Shown piece after piece: positions 1-12,234 of a stretch of DNA of 33,284 nt. This DNA is from Salisapilia sapeloensis CBS 127946. Its lineage: Eukaryota > Protista > Oomycota. Under the pieces are notes generated by a model. That model saw nothing but the letters and a program-made list of their open reading frames with translations, made no database searches and had not been told where the DNA came from. The stretch covers positions 1 to 33,284 of the forward strand of contig JAADVB010000211.1 of assembly GCA_023334545.1 (NCBI GenBank). Direction: 5' to 3'. Positions within the stretch are counted from its first letter, which is position 1. Every line of letters begins with the position of its first letter. Made by a program: the position numbers and the translations under genes.

Positions 1-233
1 CTGGCCGTATAATCTGCATAGCACAGTGCTCGACTGCCAAAGGGACTCTCGAAGAGCGTGTTCTTGCCAATGACACTCTCTCGCACGAGGTCGAGGGTCT
101 CGATTGACTTGCTCACTTGCACGTTGTTCTCGTCATCGGACTGATATTGCCTAGTAGTACCAGCAGTGGGAGATGTCAAATCATCATCTAATTCGTCGAC
201 AAAGAGCCGCTGTGTGCCGTCTTCCGTTGCCAT
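1..233 (-). CDS. Class-V PLP aminotransferase / cysteine desulfurase-like protein, 5' part (runs off the window start)
   Basis: Absent from the ORF track. ATG at 233, open to the window edge: MATEDGTQRLFVDELDDD...VRESVIGKNTLFESPFGSRALCYADYTAS. The VIG..F.SPFG.R..YADYTAS(G) motif is the N-terminal signature of this class-V subfamily. An in-frame stop lies upstream of the ATG. Confidence 0.85.
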   Translation of the reverse strand, partial: MATEDGTQRLFVDELDDDLTSPTAGTTRQYQSDDENNVQVSKSIETLDLVRESVIGKNTLFESPFGSRALCYADYTA

Positions 234-590
234 AGCTCTACTCAGATTCTTGGTCCAACGTTTGTGCACCAGCAACGAATCGTTGTCGCTTGAACACAAG
301 AATCAAGTCAACTTTCCAAATCAAGTTGTAGGAAGGTTGTTGCTGGAGCATTGCGTTGAGCTACTCTTGATACGGTATAGCGCTACTACCGCTGGCTGTG
401 CGTCTCATATAAACGTAGCACAAGCGTACAATCTGATCGTGCTTTTACCGAGGGAGTCGAAATCTTAGAACGTATACTTTAATTAAGATAGCTTCCGTTA
501 TAGACGGACGTACTTGGCAGTAATTGTTGTCCGACGTGTCCGGTATCGCCGCTGGGTTAGCACAGTAATTCGATTAAGGAACTGATCAAG

Positions 591-3500
591 ATGGACGGGC
601 GGGAGTCTGTGGGCTCTGCAGCAGCAGCAATGACTTCGCTGCGTATCTACGGTACTGTGTGGAAGCGTCAGCCTGGTTTAATGCGTCCATGGCAAGCGAG
701 GTAGGCGAGCGTCTGATTGTAGATATGTCCTTGATCGATGGACTTTAATACGTTTATCAACTCAATAGAGAAGCGATTGTGACGAGCGATGGATTTCTCC
801 AGTACAAGAAGCGTTCAGACAGGTATAACGATAGAGTATCTATCTGTGACGTCCATGTATTGATTTTTATTTGATAGTGCGACTTGGAAGGAAGTCGACC
901 TTGTCAAAGTACTTTGTCATGATCCTACTCGTGTATAGCGATCGCCTAATCATTCTATAATCTTCTCTAGGCTCGTGTTGCGCCGACCATTAAAATGTCT
1001 AATGGCAGTTATTACTTTGAAATCTTCGGTGCCAAAGTCTCGTTTGCGATCGGATTGAGTACCAGTGAGCAAGCAAAGGAATGGCTGAATTGTATTATGG
1101 ATGTGGCTGATGAGAATGCTGGTGGCAGACGTGCTTGGGTCGCCAATCTACGTCGTATGCTGGCACTCTCGCTTCGTGAACGCAAGAAGCTTGTTCCTGC
1201 AATGGATCGAGACTGGTCTCGCGAATGGAACTACTGTCTAATGTCGTTCCAGAAAAAGAGTGAGTCGTTCAGCACTCGTAAGCGTCGATTAAAGAGGCTC
1301 TATACGATATGGCTGCAGTTCCACTTGTTCACGGAGATGCTAGCAGAGCTCTATATATCATCCATCCAACGTAGAAGCAAGTCTGAATCCGTTAGTCAGG
1401 CGTCTCGATGGAAAGATACGAGCACAGTCGATAGTGACTCTTCCTTCCGTCCGTATTGGGAAGACGATTGGTTTGAAGTCTCACCTTCAAATTCCACAAA
1501 GTCAGGTAAAATGCACGCTGTAAAGCTGGATGATGTCGATGTCCTTCGGTTTCCGACGATCCGCCTCGAGTATGCTTCCAAGTCCTGGCGTGGACATAAG
1601 CGACTGGAGGAAGAGAGTAGTCGCATGGCTCAATTTCGTGCCACTCTAGAGCTTTTTATTTCTCGTTTTGAACTAAAAGGAGATGTCATGGATAGCTTAC
1701 CGATATTTCCGCTCGTTGCGTCGTTCGAGATGAGAAGCGTGCGTGTTGTGGCGACAGCGCAGCCTTCAAAGGAAAATGCTGACATTGGCCTAATTGATCG
1801 ACGAGATTCAGCCGAGCTCTCTCGACAGTTAAAGCGAATAGGTGCGTTGGATGCATTCCCGTTCAAGGATTTACCACTTCTCTACGTTCGCAAAGTTCCT
1901 GGTACATCCGACCGGACGTTTGTGAAGGTTGCATCCAAGTATGACGACGTCCTTGCTTCGTCGTTACGTAGTCCTCAAGTGCATGGAGTCTTGATTCGTA
2001 ATGTAAAAGGAGAGCAGCCACTTCAGTTATTAAGTCAGCAAGACGTACAGGATATGGTTGGATCTATTACACCGCAATGGATCTCATATCTGGATTTGTA
2101 CTGTTATAAATTAGACAACAACCCACAGGATACTTCTCGTTCGATCAACAAGCTAGCGACCAATTTCCTTAAACAAGCAGGTGGAGAGACGATCACTTGT
2201 GACGTGATCATTGCAGTCGATCCGGATAACTCGAGCTTACCATTGCACTTGAAAGAAGGCTTTATCAAGTCTTGTGAAATCGACATTTATCCTCACGTAC
2301 GACGTGTCCAAGAGCTTCGGAAAGCAACTTCCTTGCGCGTATCCAGACAATTGTCCTCTCAGCGATCCAAGAGCAATGTGAATTATGCTCATGTACTTGC
2401 AGACGAGAGTGAGCATTCACTGAAAACCATGTTCCGTCAACATGTGGAGGCAGTGGCGTCAAGGCTAGTGACGATTGGTGATGCGCCACGCGAAACAGAG
2501 CAAAATCAGGTGAACGGCCGGACACGAGTGCAGTCGCTCAAGTCTGGAGACACAGATTCTAGGCCGTCCAATAGGTCGAATACGTCCTATTCGAATGCAA
2601 GTACACAATCGTTCCGTTTACGCGGACGACGCTCGTCTGTTGCTGCTGCTGCGAGTGCGATCGGTGGACAGGAGAACTTTGGATTGTACGTAAACGACTC
2701 GATTCACTTGAAGCAGGTGCTTCGACAAGCAGGTGTGTCGACTCGGTTCTTGCCGATGGTCTTCCAGAGCTTGGATGGCAGTCGACAGCCAGGGATGCAA
2801 GTCTTAGTGGCGAGTGAGATCGTTGCTAGACTTGCCAAGACGCTTTTTAAGAGCAACATACTGGCTGGATGGGCGTCAGGTACGCGATGGAGGAAGCGAA
2901 AGCCAGCGCTTATACGTCTTCTCGACTCGATCATCCATGGTCTATTCCATCTGGAGGAGGCATGTACCATTCAAGAGTGTACAGGAGATCAATTCTGGCA
3001 GGTCGGCGCTCCTATCTGGCTATCCCTCGGTCCGTTTGCTAGTCATTTGTCCTTTTATAACGAGTTAGACAGCTTTGGAGGCGTAGAAGCTTTGAAAGAA
3101 TATCGCAAAGTGCTACGTCGTAGTCCCGAAACGCTCTTGACAAGCCTCTTAAACGCCTTTGACGCACGATTAACCAACACCATGCTTCCACCGGTGGGTG
3201 AGACAGCATACAAGACGATGCCATTTCTACGATCTACCAAAGACATCACGTTCCTGCATGCTCAGACGGATGCCAAGTTCGAGTTAGTCGTCCACCATGA
3301 TGTGTTGTGGAGTCACCTTCAATTCTTCCGTCTCCAGTTTGAGTCTCTCAAGGTCGAAAGTGAGGGTAAAGATGTATACGTCGAAGCAAGCGAGGACTTG
3401 TCTTCCTATCTATCTTTCCTCTCAGGTGTCTCCTTACGTCTCAAGCATACGCTTGGCATTGTCGATCCGACTCGACTAGAACAAGCTGTGACGGCGTGGG

Positions 3501-5616
3501 AAGACGTGTACGGCCTTCGCGCGAGACTTCTCGAAGGTTTGCACGCTGCTACCTTATCTGATAGTCGCTCGCCACTTGTGGAAAAAGTATGTCAACAGGC
3601 ACGAGCTTCAATCACGAATAGTAATGCCCTCTTCCCTGTTGAGTATCGCATCGCCCTAGCGGCACTAGAAGCATTGAATACGGACGACATTCGCACTTCC
3701 TCCATGTTCGTATGGAGCGAAGTGTTTGCGTGGCTTCGATACTACTATCGTCCTGCCATTGCCTCCCAATTCTTACAAGGTTCATCGTCTCATCCTGTCT
3801 ATGCAGTCTTGTACCTCATGATGTCTAGTCCCGAGATGGATGAGGAAGTCGCTGGACATGCTGTCTTAAGCGCCTCGACGCTTCTTAAAACCAAGCTAAG
3901 AAGGAAGCAGCTACTTGGGCGATGGATGGACGTGATAGCTAGTATTGACGCTCACTGCAAGCAGATGCTGTCGAAGATTGACGGTGGTAAAGCAGTGGTT
4001 GCAGCAGCAGCCATGGCGTCAGTGTCCGAGTCGCAGAACTCGAGGTCGTTACCTGTGCGAGGGATGACGCGATCGAAAGGATCGAATCGACGGAGCTACT
4101 TTGAACAGCTAAAGCAGGGTAACGAGACGCAGGAACGATTGTCTCAAGAGACGATGATTGCCGCGACATCGCAGTCGTGTCGAGAAGACTTGCTCTGGTT
4201 CATCGAATGCCTCTTCCTGCCGACAGCGAACAACACGACGTGGAAACTTCCTGCTCAGTCGTTCTTCATGTCACCACCACAGCAAGCATCTACTGCCTTG
4301 AATGCATCCGGCGTGGCGGTCATGTGGGGCCAGCCACTCGGTCTATCGCTAGATCAGGAAGCGCAATTGGTAGAAGCCGATGCATCCGAAGTCCAGCAGC
4401 TTGCTGCGAGACCTAACGAAGATGGAGCTGACATCAAGTTGATCGGTCTGCCTTTTACGCCGCTACGTCGTGTAGCCTACGTCTCGTGCGGATATCGACA
4501 CACTGCGCTTATTACGGAAGGAGATCGGATGCTCTACACGTTTGGACACGGTGAATGCGGTCGGCTCGGTCACGGGAACGAAGAGAACTTAGATAAACCA
4601 GCACCGGTCGAGTACTTTGCTAGCCTCATGGAGTCACTTGGTGTCGAGAATGCTGGTGTAAAGACCGTATCGTGCGGTCGAGAGCACACGATGGTGGTGC
4701 TGCGTAATGGAAATATGTATGGCTTTGGATGGGCCGAGGCAGGTCGACTAGGTACTGGCAGGGAAGGAAGTGCGTTGCATCCAGTGCATGTTCGTAGTCT
4801 TGAGGCACAAGTTCAGGATGTTACATGTGGTCGCGAACATTCTATCGCATTGACAAAGCTCGGTCAGGTCTTTGCATTTGGTTCTGGCTTTGGTGGGAGG
4901 CTTGGTATAGGTTCTGAAGACGATGTGCTGGTGCCTACGCAAGTCGTAGGGTTGGACAGCCACATCATTGTACGAGTAGATGCAGGAGAGTGTCACTCGG
5001 CTGCTTTAGATGATAAAGGCACCATCTTTACGTGGGGCTTTGGGAGCTCTGGTGCGTTAGGAAGTGGATCTCAGGATAATGCGTTGACGCCACAACGGGT
5101 GGAAGGACCTTGGCTGCATGAATTTAATGAATACGGGAGACCGCTGAGACCGGTGGATGTGGCGTGCGGTGGATATCACACACTTGCGTTGACAGAAGAC
5201 GGACGTGTGTACGGTTGGGGCGACGCTGCAGCAGGTCAATTAGGTGAAGAGTTGATGATCGAACCAGAATTGATCATCACGTCTCCACAGAGAGTGTATC
5301 TTCGATCGGAAAATAACTCGATGAACAACGATCCGATGGTCGTTGTGCGTCGAATCGCATGTGGGCTCTTCACGTCGGCTGTGTGTGGTGACGATGGCAA
5401 GCTGTATGCTTGGGGATACCCACCGGCAGGCAATGGTGCAAAGTTGAATGGAGAGGACGCTAGTACGACGATCGTGCCAGCACTAGAAGACTTTGTGATC
5501 GATCAAGTCGCTTGTGGTGCGTATATTTTCTATCTGATGGTATACTATAGCTTATGCTTTTGGATGTAGGTGCTTATCATATTGTCGCTTTAACTGCGTC
5601 GATGGAGTGTGAATGA
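591..5616 (+). CDS. PH domain + CLU-like central region + C-terminal RCC1 repeats (about 1595 aa, 5 exons)
   Basis: Exons 591-700, 769-822, 878-908, 971-5516, 5570-5616, joined by GT-AG introns of 68, 55, 62 and 53 nt, total 4788 nt in frame. Splicing restores a PH fold (IYGTVWKRQPGLMRPWQAREAIVTSDGFLQY...FEIF...SEQAKEWLNCI) and completes the last RCC1 repeat (VACGAYHIVAL). RCC1 motifs include SCGYRHT..LYTFGHGECGRLGHG, CGREHT..YGFGWAEAGRLG and AGECHS..FTWGFGSSGALG. Confidence 0.85.
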
Positions 5617-5889
5617 GTTAGAGATAGGTGTCTTTGATGCGGTCGCAAGCGTCAATGGCATCAAGTATATGCATTAAATACATTCAACACAAATGAAATG
5701 CATGAGTAGATACTTTGGATGCAGATTTTTATCAGCTTATATAAATATTTGTAGGTTTTATTTGATAGACTTTACTACGTCTACCACAATGCATCCGATT
5801 TAGAATGAGCTAGTCTATTTATATCCTTGTAAGTAGTTTTATACAAGCATCAGCACATCAAGTACTAAATCAAGTAGACGTGGAGTAAA

Positions 5890-7053
5890 ATGGTGGCTGC
5901 TGAAGACTCTCGTGAGATTGAAGAAAGGATTGATGCTACAGAAGGTCACAGCTGTATAACGATGGCTGTCGAGTACCAGCGAGGTCTATTTTCACCTACC
6001 GAAATAAATCAAATTCAGCGACAGCGAGAAGTTGCCCAACAAGCGCAAAGTTTGGAAACAATGCTACGGACTGTCGTTTACACAGCAATTGCCAAAGCAT
6101 GTCTTTACGCGTGGAGTGTGGTTGTCAGTCTAGCATCTTTGACTTTATTCATCATCGGGTTCTACTTTATGATCCAAAAGGAACTGACTATCATGGCACC
6201 GCCATGGGCGTACTACTTGACAGTATTTATCTCACCAGGTATCACCATGACTTCTCTTCTCTGCATCTGTGGTCTCAATCGGCATCGACAATGTGTCATT
6301 GACGGAAAGCGGAACGACTATCTATACTTGGTACATTCATTTAAATATCATTGTCTATGTTGGACGTAGAGCTCACCATGACGATTCTCATAGTTTACTG
6401 GGATTGGTGGTGCGTTAGCATTATTTATGGTTATTGGAGGGGTCTTAGCTGTCCAGTATCATTTGTGGTCAAGCCGAGCGAGTCGATCTGAATTGAAACT
6501 TAAAGATGTGTCGTCTTTCGAGATGGACGTGGTCAAGAACTTAGTAGACTTCACTAGAAACCAAGCCTCGGCGTGGACAAATCTGCAGGATGAGTATATT
6601 TGCTGTGGTTACTACAACGTAGAAAAAGTGGCAGCAAATAGCTCATTGACAGAGCCTGAAAGTGAGTTATTAGAGTCGTTACTGGTATTGGACAGTGCTC
6701 ATGGAAGCTTTTGCTCTACAAAGGAAAGAGATTGTAGCTTTTGGAATGGAAATGTATGTCCACACTTCGGGTACGCATGGTGTAGAAGAGCCCTTTTGGA
6801 TGAAATTACGCAAGGCTATAAAGTTGTTGCAGCCTGTGCATGGGTCGTGGCGCTTTCTCAGATAATTGCAATAGCACTGACAATCTACGTCGTTAAGCAT
6901 GATATCCCTCCGGCAAATAATCGTTCTTACGAGCAGCCTCTAGCAGATATTTGCTTGGCACCTGTGCGCTCTCCAAGACAACAACAGGATACACTTCTTG
7001 AAAATACGTTGAGTGATATTCGGCATATTTTAAAAGGTGAAACGGACTCGTAG
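5890..7053 (+). CDS. Tetraspanin-family membrane protein (2 exons)
   Basis: Exons 5890-6330 and 6394-7053 (63-nt phase-0 intron) join two track ORFs. Four hydrophobic segments, and a large loop between TM3 and TM4 with the CCG motif (YICCGY) and further Cys. The start may instead be the ATG at 5962. Confidence 0.8.
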
Positions 7054-7096
7054 ACGTAGAGACGGCTATTTAAGCTTTATTGTAGCAACAACTGAA

Positions 7097-9355
7097 ATGG
7101 TAGGACTTTCGTCTAACCATACTAGACGCAGGTCGACATTTTCGTCACAACTAGCTCAAAACAAGGGAAGAGTAAACTACAAGAAGAATCGAGATCTCCC
7201 ACTTGAAACTTTTCGTGGTTTATCTGTACAAGAAACATCTATACCTCTTCCATCGTTCTTAGGGAAGGACGTAGCAGAGAGCTGTCGCACAGTTTCGACT
7301 CTTACCAGCTATCTAAAAAGAGAGCTGGAAGCAGTGAAGCCGATAGCGTGGGGGTATAACAACACTGATGGAGCTCTTGGATTGTACAAGACAGTGACGA
7401 CTTCGCCTGCTATTTCGATACCTCTATTTAAGCGGCAAATTCTACGCAGCATCTCTGCTGGTGAACGGCTTAGTCTCTTTCTAATAGGTATTCCAGTAGG
7501 CCAAATGCATTGTATTTGATCTTAATGTACTTGCTGCTTGCAGAGGATGGCAATGTATTTCAGAGTGGGCGACTATTTCCGTCTCAAGATGGGCATATTA
7601 TGTGGAAACCTAGCAAAGTACCATTGATGAACGAACCACCCGTACGCATTGTTTCCATTGAAGCAGGACACTTTGCTGCTTTTACTGTTGATGGTATGGC
7701 ATGATTATCTAGCTGAATTATCTACTCTACGATATAGTTTCGAATAATTCCTGGTTTTACTCGTAGAGAATGGGCATGTTTACTCCTGGGGAGTCGATTA
7801 CTTTGGGCAGTTGGGCCATTGTAACGATCTTGAAGAAGAAGAAGCAGCAGAGGAAGTTGATGAATTGGAAGCAGAGGATGTGAAAGGTGATAGTTTAGAC
7901 TCGTCTTTATATGAATCAAAGGAGTGTCCAGTGGAAAAGATAGATGATGAAAATCAAGAAGAAATTCCTGCACCACAATTGCGAACAGATAAATTACCTC
8001 AGCGGATAGAAAGTTTATGCGATATTAAAGTTATCAATGTTTTTGCAGGAAACCACTTCGCAATAGCAGTTTCCAGCACAGGATTTCTTTATTCGTGGGG
8101 TAGAGGAATTGAAGGTCAGCTTGGCCACGGCGAATTCGCGTCCAGCTCCACACCAACAGCTATCACAGCCTTGTTTGATTACGTTCCCCTTCATATTTCG
8201 GCAGGAGACTATCACGTTGTTGCAATTTTCCGGAAGCGACATGCAGACTTTATCGATGGGCCGAACTCAGTATTTACATGGGGAGAATCGAGTCATGGAA
8301 GGCTGGGTTTAGGAGAAACCTCACCACAGTCATTACCACAAGAAGCACTATTCTTTCAAGGGTTACAACCAACAAAAGTTGCAGCAGGATCCGACCATAC
8401 TTTGGTATTGTGCACTGCAGGAGCAGAATCTTATGTATACGCATTTGGTGGGAATGAGGAAGGACAGTTGGGAATAGCATCGACGGATAGTATTGTTTAT
8501 ATGCCACATCTAATACATGAACTGTCAGCGGTTCACGTAGCTTCCATTGGAGCAGGGTCAAGATACTCATGTGCTCTCTCAGGTATGCACAACAGTTTTA
8601 TTTAAATTGAATTTGTTTTGTGTCACACAATAAACTACGACTTATGTTTGCTATTCGATTGCTTAGCTGACGGACAGGTTTATGTATGGGGCGATGGGAT
8701 GTATAGCAAGGCAGGAAGTGATACGATAGAAGCAAATTATGTACCACGAACTCTGGACTCGTGGACCAAGCACAACATCACCCAACTATCGATCGGAAAG
8801 CATCATGCCCTGGGTCTATTTCGTGCTGGTAAGCTGGATATAATCTTAAAAGATGGATAAATACCCACACACAATGCTAATTGTGAACACAGGAGCAAAT
8901 ATGGATCGATGGAGAGATGTTTCCATGGGAGCTGTTACTCCATACTTGGATATGAGCGACCAAGTGCATACTGGTATGTCTTAGATTTCACTCAAATGAG
9001 CTTTATCTTCTTTTATGTAGCTAATTTTAATCTCTTCGCTCTACTAGTAGTTTGCTTTTGTGAGGCAGTTAACTCGGCATCCAAAGAAATGTATCAGATA
9101 TATGTCAAGTGTGATACATGTGAAATGGAGCCTATTTGTCGTCTTTGCCAGAGACGATGCCATGCAAACCATGTTTTAAGACCATCTGAAGTCAATGGAT
9201 TTGAACTAAACTGTGCTTGTGGGACCAGCACGAAGTCAAACTTTAACTATCAAGTAGGAAATGGATTAAAAGAGGCAAGAACGAAATTCAACAAAGGTTG
9301 TTTCTATCGAAGAAGATTTCAAGCATCAATAGTCGAAGAGGAGAAGGAAGATTGA
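7097..9355 (+). CDS. RCC1-repeat protein with C-terminal UBR-box-like (FBXO11-type) zinc finger (about 635 aa, 6 exons)
   Basis: Exons 7097-7487, 7544-7693, 7767-8582, 8667-8828, 8893-8973, 9048-9355 (1908 nt in frame; the last acceptor is ambiguous). RCC1 motifs include VYSWGVDYFGQLGH, LYSWGRGIEGQLGHG, VFTWGESSHGRLGLG and VYAFGGNEEGQLG. C-terminal YVKCDTC..ICRLCQRRCHANH..CACG. Confidence 0.8.
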
Positions 9356-10308
9356 TATATTAATTAATGTCAAGACATAGCTATTTAACTGACACGGCCC
9401 TCGTGATCATGTACATGGTGCATTGCTTCTTCTACGTTATAACATAATGTTTGGGTAGTTATTAGAGTGCTGTGCAAAAGTTGCTACTTCCATGGGCTAA
9501 CACCCAGACCATTCACAAGTTTTGTAAAATAAAGACTAAGGTTGCAGTACTTCCTATCAAAACTTTTTAAAGATGAGCTACGTGCCTCATACACTTGCTG
9601 TCAACGAGGATGGAAGAAAATAGGCTGCCAACTCTAGTTGCATCAGCATCTTGTTCAGTCAAATACAGCGAGCTGGAGTCTGAATAAGAACTCTTACGCA
9701 CTATCTGTAAACTTCTGCAAAGGAGGTATGACCAGTTTGGTACTCTATCGCACGCTAAGATTGACTACAAGATGCGCTGGTGTATCAGCTATCTTTCCAG
9801 CCGTGTTACATTCTTAACTCTTCGACGCTGGTAGCCAGGAACATCCACTTCAAGAAATATTTATGCTATCATGCCTCTTATTCTCCCTAACGCTGTAAAG
9901 TTAGTACCATATTGGATTACAGCATCGATCAAATCGCTGATACTTTCATAATGTCATCTATAGGTTAACATCTCGCATAAAAGAGATCCATAGTCATTCG
10001 CTTCTTGTATTTATCGTCGCAGCCGGTGCTACTGCCCTGTGTACATTTCCGAGTACTCTTATCACTTCCGATTATTCTTCCATTGTTCAAGGTGTATCCT
10101 GTCGAAGTCTATGGCAAGTTTCTTGTATCATAACTATGTTTTCCTCTTATTCAATTGAGCATTGTCTGTACTTTAGTTCAGATCGTGACATGAAACTTAC
10201 ATACTGATCACAACATAAACTAACGCGTTCAAAATCTTCATATGTGTGCACCCGAAAGATTCAATAGACGACAAGCGACATAAAATAAAGGTTACAAGCT
10301 CAAGAACA

Positions 10309-12234
10309 TTAGATTTCGTCATCATACACAATCCGGGCGTTCTTTCCTCTTTGATCATTGCATAGTAACTTCGTCACATGCTTTCTGACAACATCTAGCA
10401 GGTCACTTGACTCTCCTAAATAAGCTTCATTCTTTTCAAAATAGTTGTCCACAAGGACAAACTGAAGAATGGACTGAGATTGATGATCGTCCAAAGTCCA
10501 TTCGTTGCGATATCGTTTCCTTCCTGAAGTAACTGGTTCACTCGAATTATCACTAGAAGTCTGTAGCAGCTGCACCATGCGACGAAGTCCGTTGCTAGTG
10601 ATAAGGTTACCACTGAAATTCGCATACGTATACACCTGTCGCTTTGACCTTTTCGCAATGGCATGAAACAAGGCACACGCTCCATCATCTCGAAGTCTAT
10701 TTTCACCAACTGACAGACTTTCAAGCGATTCGTTCGCCTCAAATGCGTCGCAAAGAGCATCTTGTTCATTTATTCGTGGTATCAACCCGATACCTGTGAC
10801 ATCCAGCACACGTACGGTCGTATTGGCTTTTAAAAATGATCCCAAAAGATCTCCAATTGTCTTTCCCACAAAGTTATACGCCAGCTTTAATTCTTCCAGT
10901 GGAGTTTCCTGATCATTGATATAGCTAAAAAGGAACTTGACGCTTGGTAGCGAGAGAGAGCAGTTGGATAAATTGATGCAGCGAAGGCCTCGCGTCAACT
11001 CTTTGCCCTTGACAGGAGTTAAAAGGATTGAACTGAGACATGATGGAGTGAGTAGACCGATCTCTGTGTTGTTTGCCACGTTCAGAACATCAAGACGAAA
11101 GGCTCCTTTCTGTGCGAGAGAATTGATAGTTTCAAGTGTATCGGAGGTGATGTCATTATCCGACATATCGAGGTGTCGAATGGGAAACGATGCTACTTTG
11201 TCAAAAGCAGAGACGGGTGGGAAGCTATCGTCGTCTAGTCCATTGTGCTCGAGAGACAGAAAAGATAGACGGGGAAGTGTGAAGGCTGCGAAGATCAAGT
11301 CTGTATGACTTGTTGTTGCCAGAAGTGAATTGGAGATGCGAAGGGAAGTAAGAGTGCGTATACTTCGAAGGAGCTCTAGTAACTGGGTGAGAGCTTGCTC
11401 CATGAGTTTCACCGAGACAATTTCGAGTCCCTGAATACTCGTTAGAGTAGATGTGGTTGACGATTGTCGTTTTAAAATTGCGGTTTTTATATCTGACAAT
11501 AGGCTTCCAGGAACACTGCCATGATAGATACCAATATGGTCCAGATGCAGTAGAGACTGTAATAAGTGAATGAGAGATGGGTAGTCGGTTGCTTGCTGTT
11601 CAAGGTGGTGCAGTTCCACACGACGGAGATGGGGCAGTTGCAATAATAAGCGGACGTTATCTGGTCCCACATCTCTGCCGTGCAGCTTAACTGACTCAAC
11701 ATACCTCTTGTATCCCTCCAAGCGCCAGACAGGAGGATCTGTCGCATTCAAGGCACTCTTGGACACGCTTTTGGTGTTGTTGCTACAGACAGCTGAAGGC
11801 TCTCGTAAGAGTAACCTTAGGTCGTGCTCCCAAAAGATACGCCGGTAATTGGGCATTTTATCGACGCTATGAGTTGTGGACTTGTGCATTGCCAGTGCCA
11901 TGCTGTTCCGAACCTGCAGACAATGCCATTTCCATGCGAACTGTAGATCCTGTTCTAATATAGCAGCATAATCATCTTCGTCATGGCCGTTGCTGTTCAA
12001 GCTGATTTCATCTCTGTCGTCAGATTCAATTGGGTCATCCGTCTGCCAACACAATTCGACCTGCAGCAGTCTTTCGATTGTAAGATGTTGTAGTAGCACT
12101 GTTCGTACCTTCTGGGGCAAAAATGGTAGCATCGACGAAAGAGATGGCACTGGAGCATGCTTTGCACAAGCTATTGCAGCAAGATTTGCCAAAGAAGCTA
12201 CATGATCCGCTGCCAAGGAGTTTGTGCTCTTCAT
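10309..12234 (-). CDS. RI-like leucine-rich repeat protein with N-terminal LRRC41/Elongin A-like box
   Basis: Single long ORF, first ATG at 12234. About 10 LxxLxLxxNx(L/I) repeats (LSFLSLEHNGL, IRHLDMSDNDI, LEELKLAYNFV, LESLSVGENRLRDDGACAL). N-terminal SLANLAAIAC...LPQKVRTVLLQHLTIERLLQVE. Confidence 0.8.
   Translation of the reverse strand: MKSTNSLAADHVASLANLAAIACAKHAPVPSLSSMLPFLPQKVRTVLLQHLTIERLLQVELCWQTDDPIESDDRDEISLNSNGHDEDDYAAILEQDLQFAWKWHCLQVRNSMALAMHKSTTHSVDKMPNYRRIFWEHDLRLLLREPSAVCSNNTKSVSKSALNATDPPVWRLEGYKRYVESVKLHGRDVGPDNVRLLLQLPHLRRVELHHLEQQATDYPSLIHLLQSLLHLDHIGIYHGSVPGSLLSDIKTAILKRQSSTTSTLTSIQGLEIVSVKLMEQALTQLLELLRSIRTLTSLRISNSLLATTSHTDLIFAAFTLPRLSFLSLEHNGLDDDSFPPVSAFDKVASFPIRHLDMSDNDITSDTLETINSLAQKGAFRLDVLNVANNTEIGLLTPSCLSSILLTPVKGKELTRGLRCINLSNCSLSLPSVKFLFSYINDQETPLEELKLAYNFVGKTIGDLLGSFLKANTTVRVLDVTGIGLIPRINEQDALCDAFEANESLESLSVGENRLRDDGACALFHAIAKRSKRQVYTYANFSGNLITSNGLRRMVQLLQTSSDNSSEPVTSGRKRYRNEWTLDDHQSQSILQFVLVDNYFEKNEAYLGESSDLLDVVRKHVTKLLCNDQRGKNARIVYDDEI

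Noticed and set aside
166-468. 100-aa + strand ORF
   Set aside because: Non-ATG start, antisense to the aminotransferase 5' end, and no recognisable domain.
591-9355. Two RCC1-repeat genes flanking a tetraspanin as a tandem duplication or functional unit
   Set aside because: They share only generic RCC1 motifs, with different architectures and intron patterns.
9356-10308. Unexplained 950-nt gap with a short minus-strand frame (TSTGYTLNNGRIIGSDK..CDDKY)
   Set aside because: About 50 codons, no ATG-led context and no recognisable family.
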